Positions 46,084 through 54,413 of a stretch of DNA of 64,000 bases are shown here, piece by piece. The stretch covers positions 62,001-126,000 of IMG/VR virus record IMGVR_UViG_3300028608_000006; one strand, 5' to 3'. The notes under the pieces are model-generated. The model saw only the letters and a program-made list of their open reading frames with translations, ran no database searches and had not been told where the DNA came from. A program made the position numbers and the translations under genes. Every line of letters begins with the position of its first letter. Within the stretch, counting starts at the first letter, position 1.

Positions 46084-46821
46084 TTAAGCGTGGTGTACGG
46101 TGACGGCGGTGCCAGCGAGGTGGGCTTCGTACCAGGATACTTGTTCGGTGTACTTGTAATGCAGCACCCAGTTCATGCTCAGCACCGTACGGTTAATCCC
46201 GGCGCTCTTGAACTCCGGATCGCTGATGAACTTCTCCGGATAGATATTCCGGTGTATAACCCGCGGAAGTTCGCGCTCCAGACCCCGCATGATCTCGCAA
46301 GCCACTTCATGCGCCTGCACAATACCGATGCCGAACTTCTTGGAGTGCCACAACAACCACTCGGTACTTGGTTGGGTGTCGCTTTGATTGCCGAAGATAC
46401 TCGGTTCGTCAGGAGAAGGTTCATACCGCACGGTATTCGCCACCTCTTTCAGCTCGTCGAGGTTACGCTTGAGTTGACCCAAACGCATTTCAACAATCTG
46501 TGCCACTTCACCAGCAGCCTTGACGATGTCGATGCCACGTGCTTTAGCGAGATGGGCAACGAACTCGCGGTTGATTTCAACACTGTTACCGAGGAACAGA
46601 CCTGGTTCATTGCCGAAACCGGATTGTTCGGCTTTAGCCGCCAGCCAAGCAAACCGCTCCATAATCGTTTGGATGGTGGTTTTATCTTCAGGGGTTTGTT
46701 CTTTAACGCGATCCAGCAGTTTGGCCATCTGATCGATAACCGTGGCATCAGCCCACACTGCAATGAAAAGATCTTTACGCGTTTTGCGTGCTACTGATTC
46801 TGGCGAAATGATTTGGACCAT
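46084..46821 (-). CDS. Hypothetical protein with three W/F-x14-A motifs
   Basis: NREFVAHLAKARGIDIVKAA, STEWLLWHSKKFGIGIVQAH, SMNWVLHYKYTEQVSWYEAH. Confidence 0.8.
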   Translation of the reverse strand: MVQIISPESVARKTRKDLFIAVWADATVIDQMAKLLDRVKEQTPEDKTTIQTIMERFAWLAAKAEQSGFGNEPGLFLGNSVEINREFVAHLAKARGIDIVKAAGEVAQIVEMRLGQLKRNLDELKEVANTVRYEPSPDEPSIFGNQSDTQPSTEWLLWHSKKFGIGIVQAHEVACEIMRGLERELPRVIHRNIYPEKFISDPEFKSAGINRTVLSMNWVLHYKYTEQVSWYEAHLAGTAVTVHHA

Positions 46822-47464
46822 GGTTCAATTCCTTAGAAAATTCACGTTCTTGACGAAGCTGGTTAATACGTCTGGCCGCTTCGTATACTTTAAGTGGGAA
46901 CTTGGTTTCATCGAACCAACCCCCAATGTAGATCTCAAGACAACGGTTACTTCGCACAGCCTCTTTAAAGACCATGTGAATCCCGTTATCCACTCTGAAA
47001 CTGATCAGCATTTTCCCCATGCCAATCAGCGTCTTCACCGTGTCCCCGATTACAACATTTGTTAAGCTACTGATGGAGGCACGGTATTTCAGCCGTTCGG
47101 AGATAACCGCGTGCAGCTCACGGACTACTCCCAACGAATGAAGCTTATCCCAATGTACTTCTCTTTCAACCCGCTTAACACTGAGGAAGGTCCCCTCGTA
47201 TTCTGGGGTCCGACTAACAATGCTAAACTCCCCTACCCCTAGGCGCAAACGTGGTCCCTTCTCCCAGGTAAACTCTGAGAGTGCTAACACAGGGTTGTCC
47301 TTGTGCTTATGTTTCAGCACACGGTCCGCGTAAGCTTTAAAGAAAGGAGCGATCCCACATCCCTCGTTAAGCGAGTTAACAACATAAGGATGGAGTCGCC
47401 CTAAAGTTTCATGCAAAACCTTCACTTGACGAACATTGCTTATTGGTGCAATTTTTCCGGTCAT
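46775..47464 (-). CDS. Hypothetical protein
   Basis: 229 aa. Confidence 0.75.
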   Translation of the reverse strand: MTGKIAPISNVRQVKVLHETLGRLHPYVVNSLNEGCGIAPFFKAYADRVLKHKHKDNPVLALSEFTWEKGPRLRLGVGEFSIVSRTPEYEGTFLSVKRVEREVHWDKLHSLGVVRELHAVISERLKYRASISSLTNVVIGDTVKTLIGMGKMLISFRVDNGIHMVFKEAVRSNRCLEIYIGGWFDETKFPLKVYEAARRINQLRQEREFSKELNHGPNHFARISSTQNA

Positions 47465-47477
47465 TCTAATCTACTAC

Positions 47478-47609
47478 TCAATACCACACTTTTGGGGCCA
47501 TCACGATAAAGACAGTTAAGAAGATCCCAACCACTGCTACCGCGACTATGCAGAAACCAGAGAGCTTATCCAAACAGCTCTCCCATCCTTTCCGGCCGTT
47601 CTTGTCCAT
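47478..47609 (-). CDS. 43-aa membrane peptide
   Basis: Read manually: MDKNGRKGWESCLDKLSGFCIVAVAVVGIFLTVFIVMAPKVWY; GAGGAG RBS. Confidence 0.65.
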   Translation of the reverse strand: MDKNGRKGWESCLDKLSGFCIVAVAVVGIFLTVFIVMAPKVWY

Positions 47610-47649
47610 GAGTGCTCCTCATCGAACTATAGAAAGTTCGGTGTGATGT

Positions 47650-48006
47650 TTAGCCCAGTGATTCACGTTCTTTTTCGGCCTGTTCTTTCGAGGTCTCGTC
47701 AAGAGTGATAGTAAGTTGGCCACACTTACCGCACTTGGTTTCTTTAACCACGTCAAACCCGTAGGACGAAATGAGAAGCGCACGGCCTTCTGCCAGGACT
47801 TGTGTAGTGATACATTGTCCCCTGCCTGGCAGTTTGACCTTACGCAGTTCGTGCATGACCGTCGTACCGAAGTTAGCCAGCGCGTAATCGTCGAAGAGCT
47901 CTTCTAAGGCCGCTTGAACGTTCTCCTTGGGCAACCCCTCAAAGAACACACCCAAGCGCTTACCGACCTCCTCAGCCACCTCATAATCGAATCGAGGCTG
48001 GTCCAT
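47650..48006 (-). CDS. Hypothetical protein
   Basis: 118 aa; coupled to the upstream gene. Confidence 0.75.
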   Translation of the reverse strand: MDQPRFDYEVAEEVGKRLGVFFEGLPKENVQAALEELFDDYALANFGTTVMHELRKVKLPGRGQCITTQVLAEGRALLISSYGFDVVKETKCGKCGQLTITLDETSKEQAEKERESLG

Positions 48007-48338
48007 CAGGCGATCATCGCTTTAAGCACGTTGGCGAAACGAATGAGGTCGTTCTCGTTGAAGAGTTCTTCCTCCATGTAGTCGGCGAGCATTTCGCCAT
48101 CAAGCTCACGGACGCTGACCAAGGCGCGGCTGGTTGAGCCTTCCTTGTTTACTTCGTTAATGGTAACCACGCCAGCGAGTGGAGCAAAGCACAGCGCAAA
48201 CCGGCTGAACTCTTCACGGTTGGCATCGGTGAACATGCTGACCCGGATGTGACGCTTGTCTGGGAGAGCAAACAAGGTCTTCAGTTCAGGGAACCACAGA
48301 CCGCCGGCCATCAAAGGTTTTCTGTTGATATTTCTCAT
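48006..48338 (-). CDS. Hypothetical protein duplicating the C-terminal domain of 48335-49063
   Basis: IRVSMFTD...FAP...ELDGE...F...DLIR versus VRVRAFVD...IAP...VLDGE...F...DLFR. Confidence 0.75.
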   Translation of the reverse strand: MRNINRKPLMAGGLWFPELKTLFALPDKRHIRVSMFTDANREEFSRFALCFAPLAGVVTINEVNKEGSTSRALVSVRELDGEMLADYMEEELFNENDLIRFANVLKAMIA

Positions 48339-49063
48339 CTGGCTTTATACCCAATAGAGGAAGAGAATGTTGTCATGACACGAAAGAGATCGTGCATACC
48401 GAAGTGTTCTTGGTTAACAAACTTAACCAAGGCCTCACCATCGAGAACTTGGAGCGTTGCTACCGGTGTTGCGATACGACCGTTGTCACCCACTCGTTTG
48501 TCAATGCGAATGACATTACTGCGCGGGGCAATGAGAAGCTGGAAGTCGTAGAACTTACCCCAGTCGCTGTCGACAAAGGCGCGAACACGAACATCCTCGG
48601 TGACTTCCAACCAACCCTTCCAGTTTGCCAAGTACCACGGTTGGTCGAATACCAGTTCGCCGTCCAGCGCCTTGAGTTCGTTTACTTCACCCATCACTTC
48701 ATCAGGCGTCTTGGCGAACTGTCGGCATTTGTGGATCAGCCACGCCAACGAAACATTCCGGGTGCCTTCCACAAACATTGCCGGAGCATCTAGCGGGAGA
48801 AGATGGGGTTCATCGATTCGCAGTTGACTAAGAATAAGCTTTCGAACCTTGTCCTGCTTTTCGAAGTGGTTGCTCGAGAAGTCGACAAACGGAACCAGAG
48901 ACCTTACCAAGATTCCTGGGTTCTTCTCTTTCTGCTCGGCGTAGTGCGCGTTGCTTCTTTGTTTCTTATCCCAGTTTGCCCACGCTTGGCTGAAAGGACG
49001 CTCTGCACCGGTAAACGGAGAAGGTTCATCGGCAGCCGGGATATACTCTTTTACTTCACTCAC
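48335..49063 (-). CDS. Hypothetical protein with a W-motif and a duplicated C-domain
   Basis: SLAWLIHKCRQFAKTPDEVM. Confidence 0.8.
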   Translation of the reverse strand: MSEVKEYIPAADEPSPFTGAERPFSQAWANWDKKQRSNAHYAEQKEKNPGILVRSLVPFVDFSSNHFEKQDKVRKLILSQLRIDEPHLLPLDAPAMFVEGTRNVSLAWLIHKCRQFAKTPDEVMGEVNELKALDGELVFDQPWYLANWKGWLEVTEDVRVRAFVDSDWGKFYDFQLLIAPRSNVIRIDKRVGDNGRIATPVATLQVLDGEALVKFVNQEHFGMHDLFRVMTTFSSSIGYKAR

Positions 49064-49066
49064 TGC

Positions 49067-49900
49067 TTATTCCTCTTCAGCAAACCAAGGGTCATCGGGA
49101 TTGAGAACCTTATCGTGGTATTTGATTTTAACCTTGCACGGGTCAGTGGGCTCCCAAGGTAGGATCTCTACGTTACCTCGCATCTTGCCATCGAACTCAC
49201 TGTCGATCATGGACTTAGCCCCAATCTCCCACGCCTGTTTAGGGGTGAGGTTATGAACCCCGCTACACCACATCACCCAACCCATGGACAACTTGCGTAT
49301 ATGGGCAGGATCCAGTAGATCGGGTTCTGCGCCATAAGTCCGTGTGTCAGTAGTAGCGCCGACGTTATCAACTACCAATTGCGGTTTGAGTTTGGCTTCG
49401 AGATAGTCTTGCAACTCCTCGGGAGTTTTATCCCGCATGAGCTTCAGGACCTCGTAGTTGTTCACACCCAAAAGGCTTGGTGTATGGGGACGCACTCGAT
49501 TACCGCGAAGATCGAACCCCGGCTCTGGTCCTATCGCGGTTGGCTTGGTTCTGCCGTAAAAGGCATCACGAACAGAATCGACAATCTTCTCGACATCCTC
49601 CGCGTGCGGATCTTGGCGGAGGATCTTAGATGGGTCTTGAAGCGGTTGGATAGGGTGCCAAGGGTTTTGAGTAACCTGCCCGATACTTGCATTGGGGTCG
49701 GTGTAGAAACCCAACTGGGCGGCCCTACGACATGCCGAGTGACCCACATCCTTTTCCCTAGGACCCTGACCCATGAAACCTGGATTAGGTTGTTTCACTT
49801 GAACATCCAGGAACTCGGCTACTTCTTTGCTTACGATCTGACAACCCGGACGCTCCAGCTTAAGGAAGATCCGGAGTTTACGAAAGGCTTGTCTTAACAT
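49067..49900 (-). CDS. Hypothetical protein with one W-x14-A motif
   Basis: SMGWVMWCSGVHNLTPKQAW. Confidence 0.75.
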   Translation of the reverse strand: MLRQAFRKLRIFLKLERPGCQIVSKEVAEFLDVQVKQPNPGFMGQGPREKDVGHSACRRAAQLGFYTDPNASIGQVTQNPWHPIQPLQDPSKILRQDPHAEDVEKIVDSVRDAFYGRTKPTAIGPEPGFDLRGNRVRPHTPSLLGVNNYEVLKLMRDKTPEELQDYLEAKLKPQLVVDNVGATTDTRTYGAEPDLLDPAHIRKLSMGWVMWCSGVHNLTPKQAWEIGAKSMIDSEFDGKMRGNVEILPWEPTDPCKVKIKYHDKVLNPDDPWFAEEE

Positions 49901-50265
49901 GGCTTGGTCCTTAAAGGTATAAAGCTGTTCTTGATATGTTCTTCAAGCTCAGAGGTGGGATCGAATGTAAACGCAATGTCCTGAGCCCCGAGGCTCCCCA
50001 TTGGCGCGCTAAGGCACTTGGGAAGATTACCGAAGTTGATGGTGTACGTTTCGTCTAACGGACTTTTAAGATCCCCCACTGCCGCGACGATATCAGCAGG
50101 GTCGTGACGGAGTACATCGCCCCACGACTTTAGCCAGCGATGTAGCGGGCTGTTAGTGTGGTCGATTTCTTCAAACGTCATCTTGATATCTGGTCGTCGC
50201 TCAATACGACGGATACCACCGCACGGCATTACTTCTGTACGCGGAACAATCTTACCTGCCATCAA
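49894..50265 (-). CDS. Hypothetical protein, first gene after an early promoter
   Basis: 123 aa, GGGAG RBS. Confidence 0.7.
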   Translation of the reverse strand: MMAGKIVPRTEVMPCGGIRRIERRPDIKMTFEEIDHTNSPLHRWLKSWGDVLRHDPADIVAAVGDLKSPLDETYTINFGNLPKCLSAPMGSLGAQDIAFTFDPTSELEEHIKNSFIPLRTKPC

Positions 50266-50302
50266 ACTGTTCTCCCATTAAAAGAATTGGATTTACACCT
50301 AA

Positions 50303-50319
50303 GTAATGTAGGTTTGAGT
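50303..50319 (-). promoter_or_regulatory. phiKZ-type early promoter
   Basis: Minus strand ACTCAAACCTACATTAC. Confidence 0.75.
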
Positions 50320-50348
50320 TATTGTAAAAATCAATTTATCAAACATAA

Positions 50349-50379
50349 CCCTGCTCCGCCCTTTCGGCACGGAGCAGGG
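50349..50379 (-). terminator. 10-bp hairpin
   Basis: CCCTGCTCCG...CGGAGCAGGG. Confidence 0.7.
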
Positions 50380-50387
50380 GTAGTCGT

Positions 50388-51581
50388 TTACTTGCTTTGT
50401 TTCAGCTCGGGGCATTGGTCGCCGAGAGCGTAGGCGATGTTGCCGACAGCAGAGCTCGTGATGTTGAGGAAGGTAAGGATGCCGGATGTGGCGTTCAGAC
50501 TGCAACTGAGATCAAACAGATCGTCTTCCAGTTCGTCGTGCTTCTTCTCATCCTGGTTCTTGGTAAGCTCACTCCTCAGCTTGTCCATCTTGCCTTTCAC
50601 ATCAGTGTGGATCTCCTTGATCTTCTTCTTGCTGCCCTCGGCCTGATCAAGGGCGCGCTTACTGTCTGCGAGCCAGGACTTACACGCACTGATACTTTTA
50701 AAGTGCTCAGGACGCGAACCGTTAGCAAAGCCTTCAAGGGCCTCGATAACGGCACCAGTTCTGGTGGACATCTCTTTGTAGATGTTTCTAGCGCGTTCAC
50801 TGAACGACTTATCGTCAGCACTTTCTTCGAAAGACTCTTTGCGGGTCTTGATGGTGGCGAGGGCCTTTTCGATGCTTTCGCAGTTTCTTTTGATGTTGTT
50901 GGCGTTGATCACGGAGAATTCGAACACCTCCTTAACCAACTCAGCAACCTGAGGCACAGCTTTTGCAACTTCGGCCGGGGTTGGCTTACTGGCTTCAGCA
51001 GGCTTGGAATCAGGCGCCTTGGAGTTGTTGTCAGACCCGCTCTTGGACGGCTCGGACTTGGCAGGTTCAGCCTTGGTGATCTTGAGATCTTCCTTGACAT
51101 CCGCAACCTTCTTTTCCAGCTTGGTCTTTTCAGGACCGGCCGGGAGCTTTTCAACCTTGGCTTCAACAGCCTTCACGGTAGCCACAACGTTATCCGGTGT
51201 AACCTTTGGAGCGTCCATCGCCTTTACCGCGACTTCAGCCTCGGCAACAGTCGCCTTGATCTTTGCGTCCTTTTCGGCAGCCGGTTTACCGAAGAGGAAT
51301 TCCCAGAGAGATTTGAACATCTTCTGAATGTATTCCCACATCTTCGCGATGCCTTTACCGATGGCGCTAAACAGGCCACCTTCTTCGTTACCGGTAATCT
51401 CGTCGAGACCAGATTCCAGGCCAGCAGCATACATGACACCGTGCAAGTAATGCTGCGCTGCGGAGAGGTTCATACCTTCACTACCGCTAACGGTATCCAT
51501 GAAGCCTGCCATTACTTTCTCGACATGTTCCGGAGCCGGAATGTCGTCGTAATCATCGGCGAAGTCAACAATGTGATTCAT
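50388..51581 (-). CDS. Probable virion inner-head/ejection-type protein; paralog of 3771-4826
   Basis: EHVEKVMAGFMDTVSGSEGMNLSAAQ...GNEEGGLFSAIGKGIAKMWEYIQKMF closely matches 3771. Confidence 0.65.
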   Translation of the reverse strand: MNHIVDFADDYDDIPAPEHVEKVMAGFMDTVSGSEGMNLSAAQHYLHGVMYAAGLESGLDEITGNEEGGLFSAIGKGIAKMWEYIQKMFKSLWEFLFGKPAAEKDAKIKATVAEAEVAVKAMDAPKVTPDNVVATVKAVEAKVEKLPAGPEKTKLEKKVADVKEDLKITKAEPAKSEPSKSGSDNNSKAPDSKPAEASKPTPAEVAKAVPQVAELVKEVFEFSVINANNIKRNCESIEKALATIKTRKESFEESADDKSFSERARNIYKEMSTRTGAVIEALEGFANGSRPEHFKSISACKSWLADSKRALDQAEGSKKKIKEIHTDVKGKMDKLRSELTKNQDEKKHDELEDDLFDLSCSLNATSGILTFLNITSSAVGNIAYALGDQCPELKQSK

Positions 51582-51661
51582 ACATCCCCCAGTGGGCTTA
51601 GTGTTATAAGGTGTCTATAGCATATGGTTTCTGGGAGAAGCAAAAAAATAAAGGTAAGTAA

Positions 51662-51687
51662 CCAACGGAGGCCGAAACCCCCGTTGG
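51662..51687 (-). terminator. Hairpin
   Basis: CCAACGG...CCGTTGG with a displaced U-tract on the minus strand. Confidence 0.55.
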
Positions 51688-51695
51688 CTCACTAC

Positions 51696-52214
51696 TTATT
51701 GATGGAAAGGAATTACGGTTGCGGTACACCCTGTATCTCCGTCGCGGCTAACTTCCAGAAAATCGTATCGACCCGGTATAGACTGGGGACCGAACAAGTT
51801 ACTGTAGCCCATTGTGTATGCCACTTGAAAACTCACGTTGTACCGGTGCCGGTAGTCCATTACAAATGCCATGGATACCAATGCTTCGTCCTCCAACGAA
51901 ACGGCGGGCGGTACTGTGTCGAAATCAATGTGACGTTGCGGTTCAGCGGTAAGATGAGCGTGTAAGGTAGTGCCGATGCTCATGGCCATTTGATGATTCA
52001 GGCCATACTTCATCATAAACCAGCGCACCCAACGAGGATGCACTCCTCCACCCCGAGTAAACAAGCTAGGTTCTGTAGGGTCAGGTTTATACTCCGACTT
52101 ATCTGTGATTTGAAGCATCGCAGCTATCGGATGTATATTCATGAACAATGGCATTGCCAAAGAACGCATTGCCCCTACGAGCCCAATTTTTGCGGAAGTA
52201 GCTTTATTAATCAC
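51696..52214 (-). CDS. Hypothetical protein with two W/F-x14-A motifs
   Basis: HPRWVRWFMMKYGLNHQMAM and SMAFVMDYRHRYNVSFQVAY. Confidence 0.8.
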   Translation of the reverse strand: MINKATSAKIGLVGAMRSLAMPLFMNIHPIAAMLQITDKSEYKPDPTEPSLFTRGGGVHPRWVRWFMMKYGLNHQMAMSIGTTLHAHLTAEPQRHIDFDTVPPAVSLEDEALVSMAFVMDYRHRYNVSFQVAYTMGYSNLFGPQSIPGRYDFLEVSRDGDTGCTATVIPFHQ

Positions 52215-52264
52215 AAGCTTTACCTCACATTTATTTTATCGTTGAATTGGTTTTCAGAAACGTC

Positions 52265-52708
52265 CTAGTGTTGTAGCAGTAGCTTAGCCATATCGCGGCG
52301 TTTTTCCTTAAGACGCTCGATGTCGACATGGTCTTGCTTTACTTTCAACGGAGATCTGTCCAACGACTGAATCAAGGCCTCTTTTTGTCTGATCAAGTCA
52401 TCTAACGAATACACTCTCACGCCATTCACCACTTGAATGGCGACTCCCATGGGTAACTTTTGTAAGCTTACCTTCTCGTTATAATCCAGAAACGTACCGT
52501 GCTCCGTTACACGCTCCTTATCTGAACCCAGCAAGTAACGTTGGAACTCGTAAGTATCCGACGGTATCGACAAGTCCAGGTCATTGGTGCTGTCCCTTAA
52601 ACCCAACATCAATAAAGCGCCACCCGATGATACAACCACTTCGGACGGGCGTAATCCAATCTCGCTACAGAAATTGAAGTACTCCCGTTCAAACTCTATC
52701 AGGTCCAT
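52265..52708 (-). CDS. Pol-beta-superfamily nucleotidyltransferase (AbiEii/MenT-like motif)
   Basis: VVVSSGGALLMLGLRDSTNDLDL (GG...R..T.DxD), C-terminal QK...K...D; GAGGA RBS before ATG 52708. Confidence 0.7.
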   Translation of the reverse strand: MDLIEFEREYFNFCSEIGLRPSEVVVSSGGALLMLGLRDSTNDLDLSIPSDTYEFQRYLLGSDKERVTEHGTFLDYNEKVSLQKLPMGVAIQVVNGVRVYSLDDLIRQKEALIQSLDRSPLKVKQDHVDIERLKEKRRDMAKLLLQH

Positions 52709-52719
52709 GTGGGAAATCC

Positions 52720-52905
52720 TCAATTGAAGATGTTTACCACTGTACTTCGTAGGGCCGTGACCATTCGCTTTAACCAGGAGGATCTCCGAGGTAATCGGTT
52801 GCGAGAACCAACTATGTATTGTTGGTAGTCGGCGCTCCCCGAGGAATGGCCACGGTAGTAACTACGAGGTAACGGAGCAACAATGCGGTTACGTGCATTC
52901 AGCAT
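52720..52905 (-). CDS. Small basic hypothetical protein
   Basis: AGGA RBS before MLNARNR; short ORF. Confidence 0.45.
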   Translation of the reverse strand: MLNARNRIVAPLPRSYYRGHSSGSADYQQYIVGSRNRLPRRSSWLKRMVTALRSTVVNIFN

Positions 52906-52961
52906 AACTAATAGTCCTGTTGAGTTAAATAATAAATTGAGACGAGTAAAACAAAGAAAGG

Positions 52962-52989
52962 CTAACCCTGCCCGCAAGGGCAGGGTTAG
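52962..52989 (-). terminator. 12-bp perfect hairpin
   Basis: CTAACCCTGCCC-gcaa-GGGCAGGGTTAG. Confidence 0.8.
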
Positions 52990-52997
52990 TTTATTGC

Positions 52998-54245
52998 TTA
53001 GTGCTTGAAGCCCAGCATTTGAGCCATGGATGCATTCGGCGTTACGGCCGGCACAGACATGGTTGGAGCAGGCAGAGCAGCTGGGAGGCCGTCTGCGTTC
53101 GAGTTCAGCTTGCCAGCGATTGCGGTGTGAGCCATACGACCCAGGCCGGAACCCAGTGCACCAGCAGCCAGACCCAGAGTACCAGCGGCGGTGTAACGAC
53201 CGAACTCGCTACCGATGTGCTCGTCGAGCATGTCAGCGGCGAAGAAGGAACCGGCGATCGCTGCAACTGCACCGATACCCGAACCGATGCTCAGGCTACC
53301 GCTGTGACCGGTTTCCAGAGCTGCGCCCAGCAGAGCACCGCCAGCTGCAATCCAGCCAGAACGGATGCCTTCGTCACGCTCACCACGCAGGGAGAAACGC
53401 GAACGTGCTTCGACCGACTGACGCGCCGGTTTGAAACCTTCAGCGAACTTGATGAAGGCGGTCAGGGTTTCAGGGGTCTTGCTAACGAACGCGTAGAACT
53501 GTTCGTCGTTGCTCAGCTTGTCATTGGCAACAGCCTGAGCCTGAGGTTGCAGTTCCAGGTTGGCAGTCAGGAAAGCGTTGTACAGCTCGTTACGCTTGGC
53601 TTCGGTGTCGTAACCGATGGCCACTACTGCGGCCAGGTGCAGTTGGAACGGAGTTGGTTGGGCGGCAGTGTTCATGGTGTCTTCCTTAGCGGCAGTAGTG
53701 GTGGTGGAGTTGGTGGCGGTAGTGGTAGCGGTGTCTTGCTTGATTTCTTGACCCAGTGGCATTGCTTGTTGCTCCAGCGAAGTTGGTTGAGTGTCGGCGG
53801 CTTGCTCGAGTTCTACAGACTCGTTGACAGCCGGTGCAGCTTGTTCGGTTACTTGGGCGGCGGCAGGATCCACCCAGTTCTCTTTGACATTGTTGACATA
53901 GGTCTCGGCTGTTTGTTCAGCCAGTTCCAGTACACCAGTACCATGCAATTCATCAACCGGGATCAAGGTACCTTGGATCACGGGTGCATCAGAAGCAGGA
54001 TCGTTAGCCAGAGCCGGATCGGCTTTGCGAACCTGGTTCATGCTGAAGTCTGTTTCCAGCGCTTCGTTAACACGTTTCAGGAAAGCCTGACGTTGTTGCT
54101 TCTCCAGAAGCTTCTCGTCAAACATCACTGCACGGAGTACAGCTTGCAGCCGGCGTGGATTACCGCCGTTTGTTCTGATGGTCTTCAGAGCCTCGATAGT
54201 GGCTTCGAGGTTTGCTTCGTAGTCAGGAACGGAAATCGAATTCAT
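52998..54245 (-). CDS. Monocistronic early protein with an acidic linker and a C-terminal glycine-zipper membrane region
   Basis: AAGGAG RBS; its own promoter and terminator; GGALLGA, GSGIGA, GLAAGALGSG GxxxG helices. Confidence 0.8.
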   Translation of the reverse strand: MNSISVPDYEANLEATIEALKTIRTNGGNPRRLQAVLRAVMFDEKLLEKQQRQAFLKRVNEALETDFSMNQVRKADPALANDPASDAPVIQGTLIPVDELHGTGVLELAEQTAETYVNNVKENWVDPAAAQVTEQAAPAVNESVELEQAADTQPTSLEQQAMPLGQEIKQDTATTTATNSTTTTAAKEDTMNTAAQPTPFQLHLAAVVAIGYDTEAKRNELYNAFLTANLELQPQAQAVANDKLSNDEQFYAFVSKTPETLTAFIKFAEGFKPARQSVEARSRFSLRGERDEGIRSGWIAAGGALLGAALETGHSGSLSIGSGIGAVAAIAGSFFAADMLDEHIGSEFGRYTAAGTLGLAAGALGSGLGRMAHTAIAGKLNSNADGLPAALPAPTMSVPAVTPNASMAQMLGFKH

Positions 54246-54321
54246 TTGGTGTAACTCCTTGTCGGGAAAGTATTAGATTCTTTTAAGCAACACAAAGATA
54301 TTTGTATTACTTACTGTGATA

Positions 54322-54353
54322 GTTATATAGACCTGAAACAAACTGTAACTTAA
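54322..54353 (-). promoter_or_regulatory. phiKZ-type early promoter
   Basis: Minus strand TTAAGTTACA-n5-TTTCAGGTCTATATAAC. Confidence 0.75.
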
Positions 54354-54373
54354 AAATAAAAGCAAGCGGACAT

Positions 54374-54410
54374 ATACCCCCTTACCCCACATCAGTGGGG
54401 TAAGGGGTAT
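54374..54410. terminator. 16-bp hairpin with one bulge
   Basis: ATACCCCCTTACCCCAC-atca-GTGGGGTAAGGGGTAT. Confidence 0.75.
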
Positions 54411-54413
54411 TAG

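Noticed and set aside
50397-54254. 407-aa and 417-aa plus-strand ORFs
   Set aside because: Exact antisense mirrors of 50388-51581 and 52998-54245.
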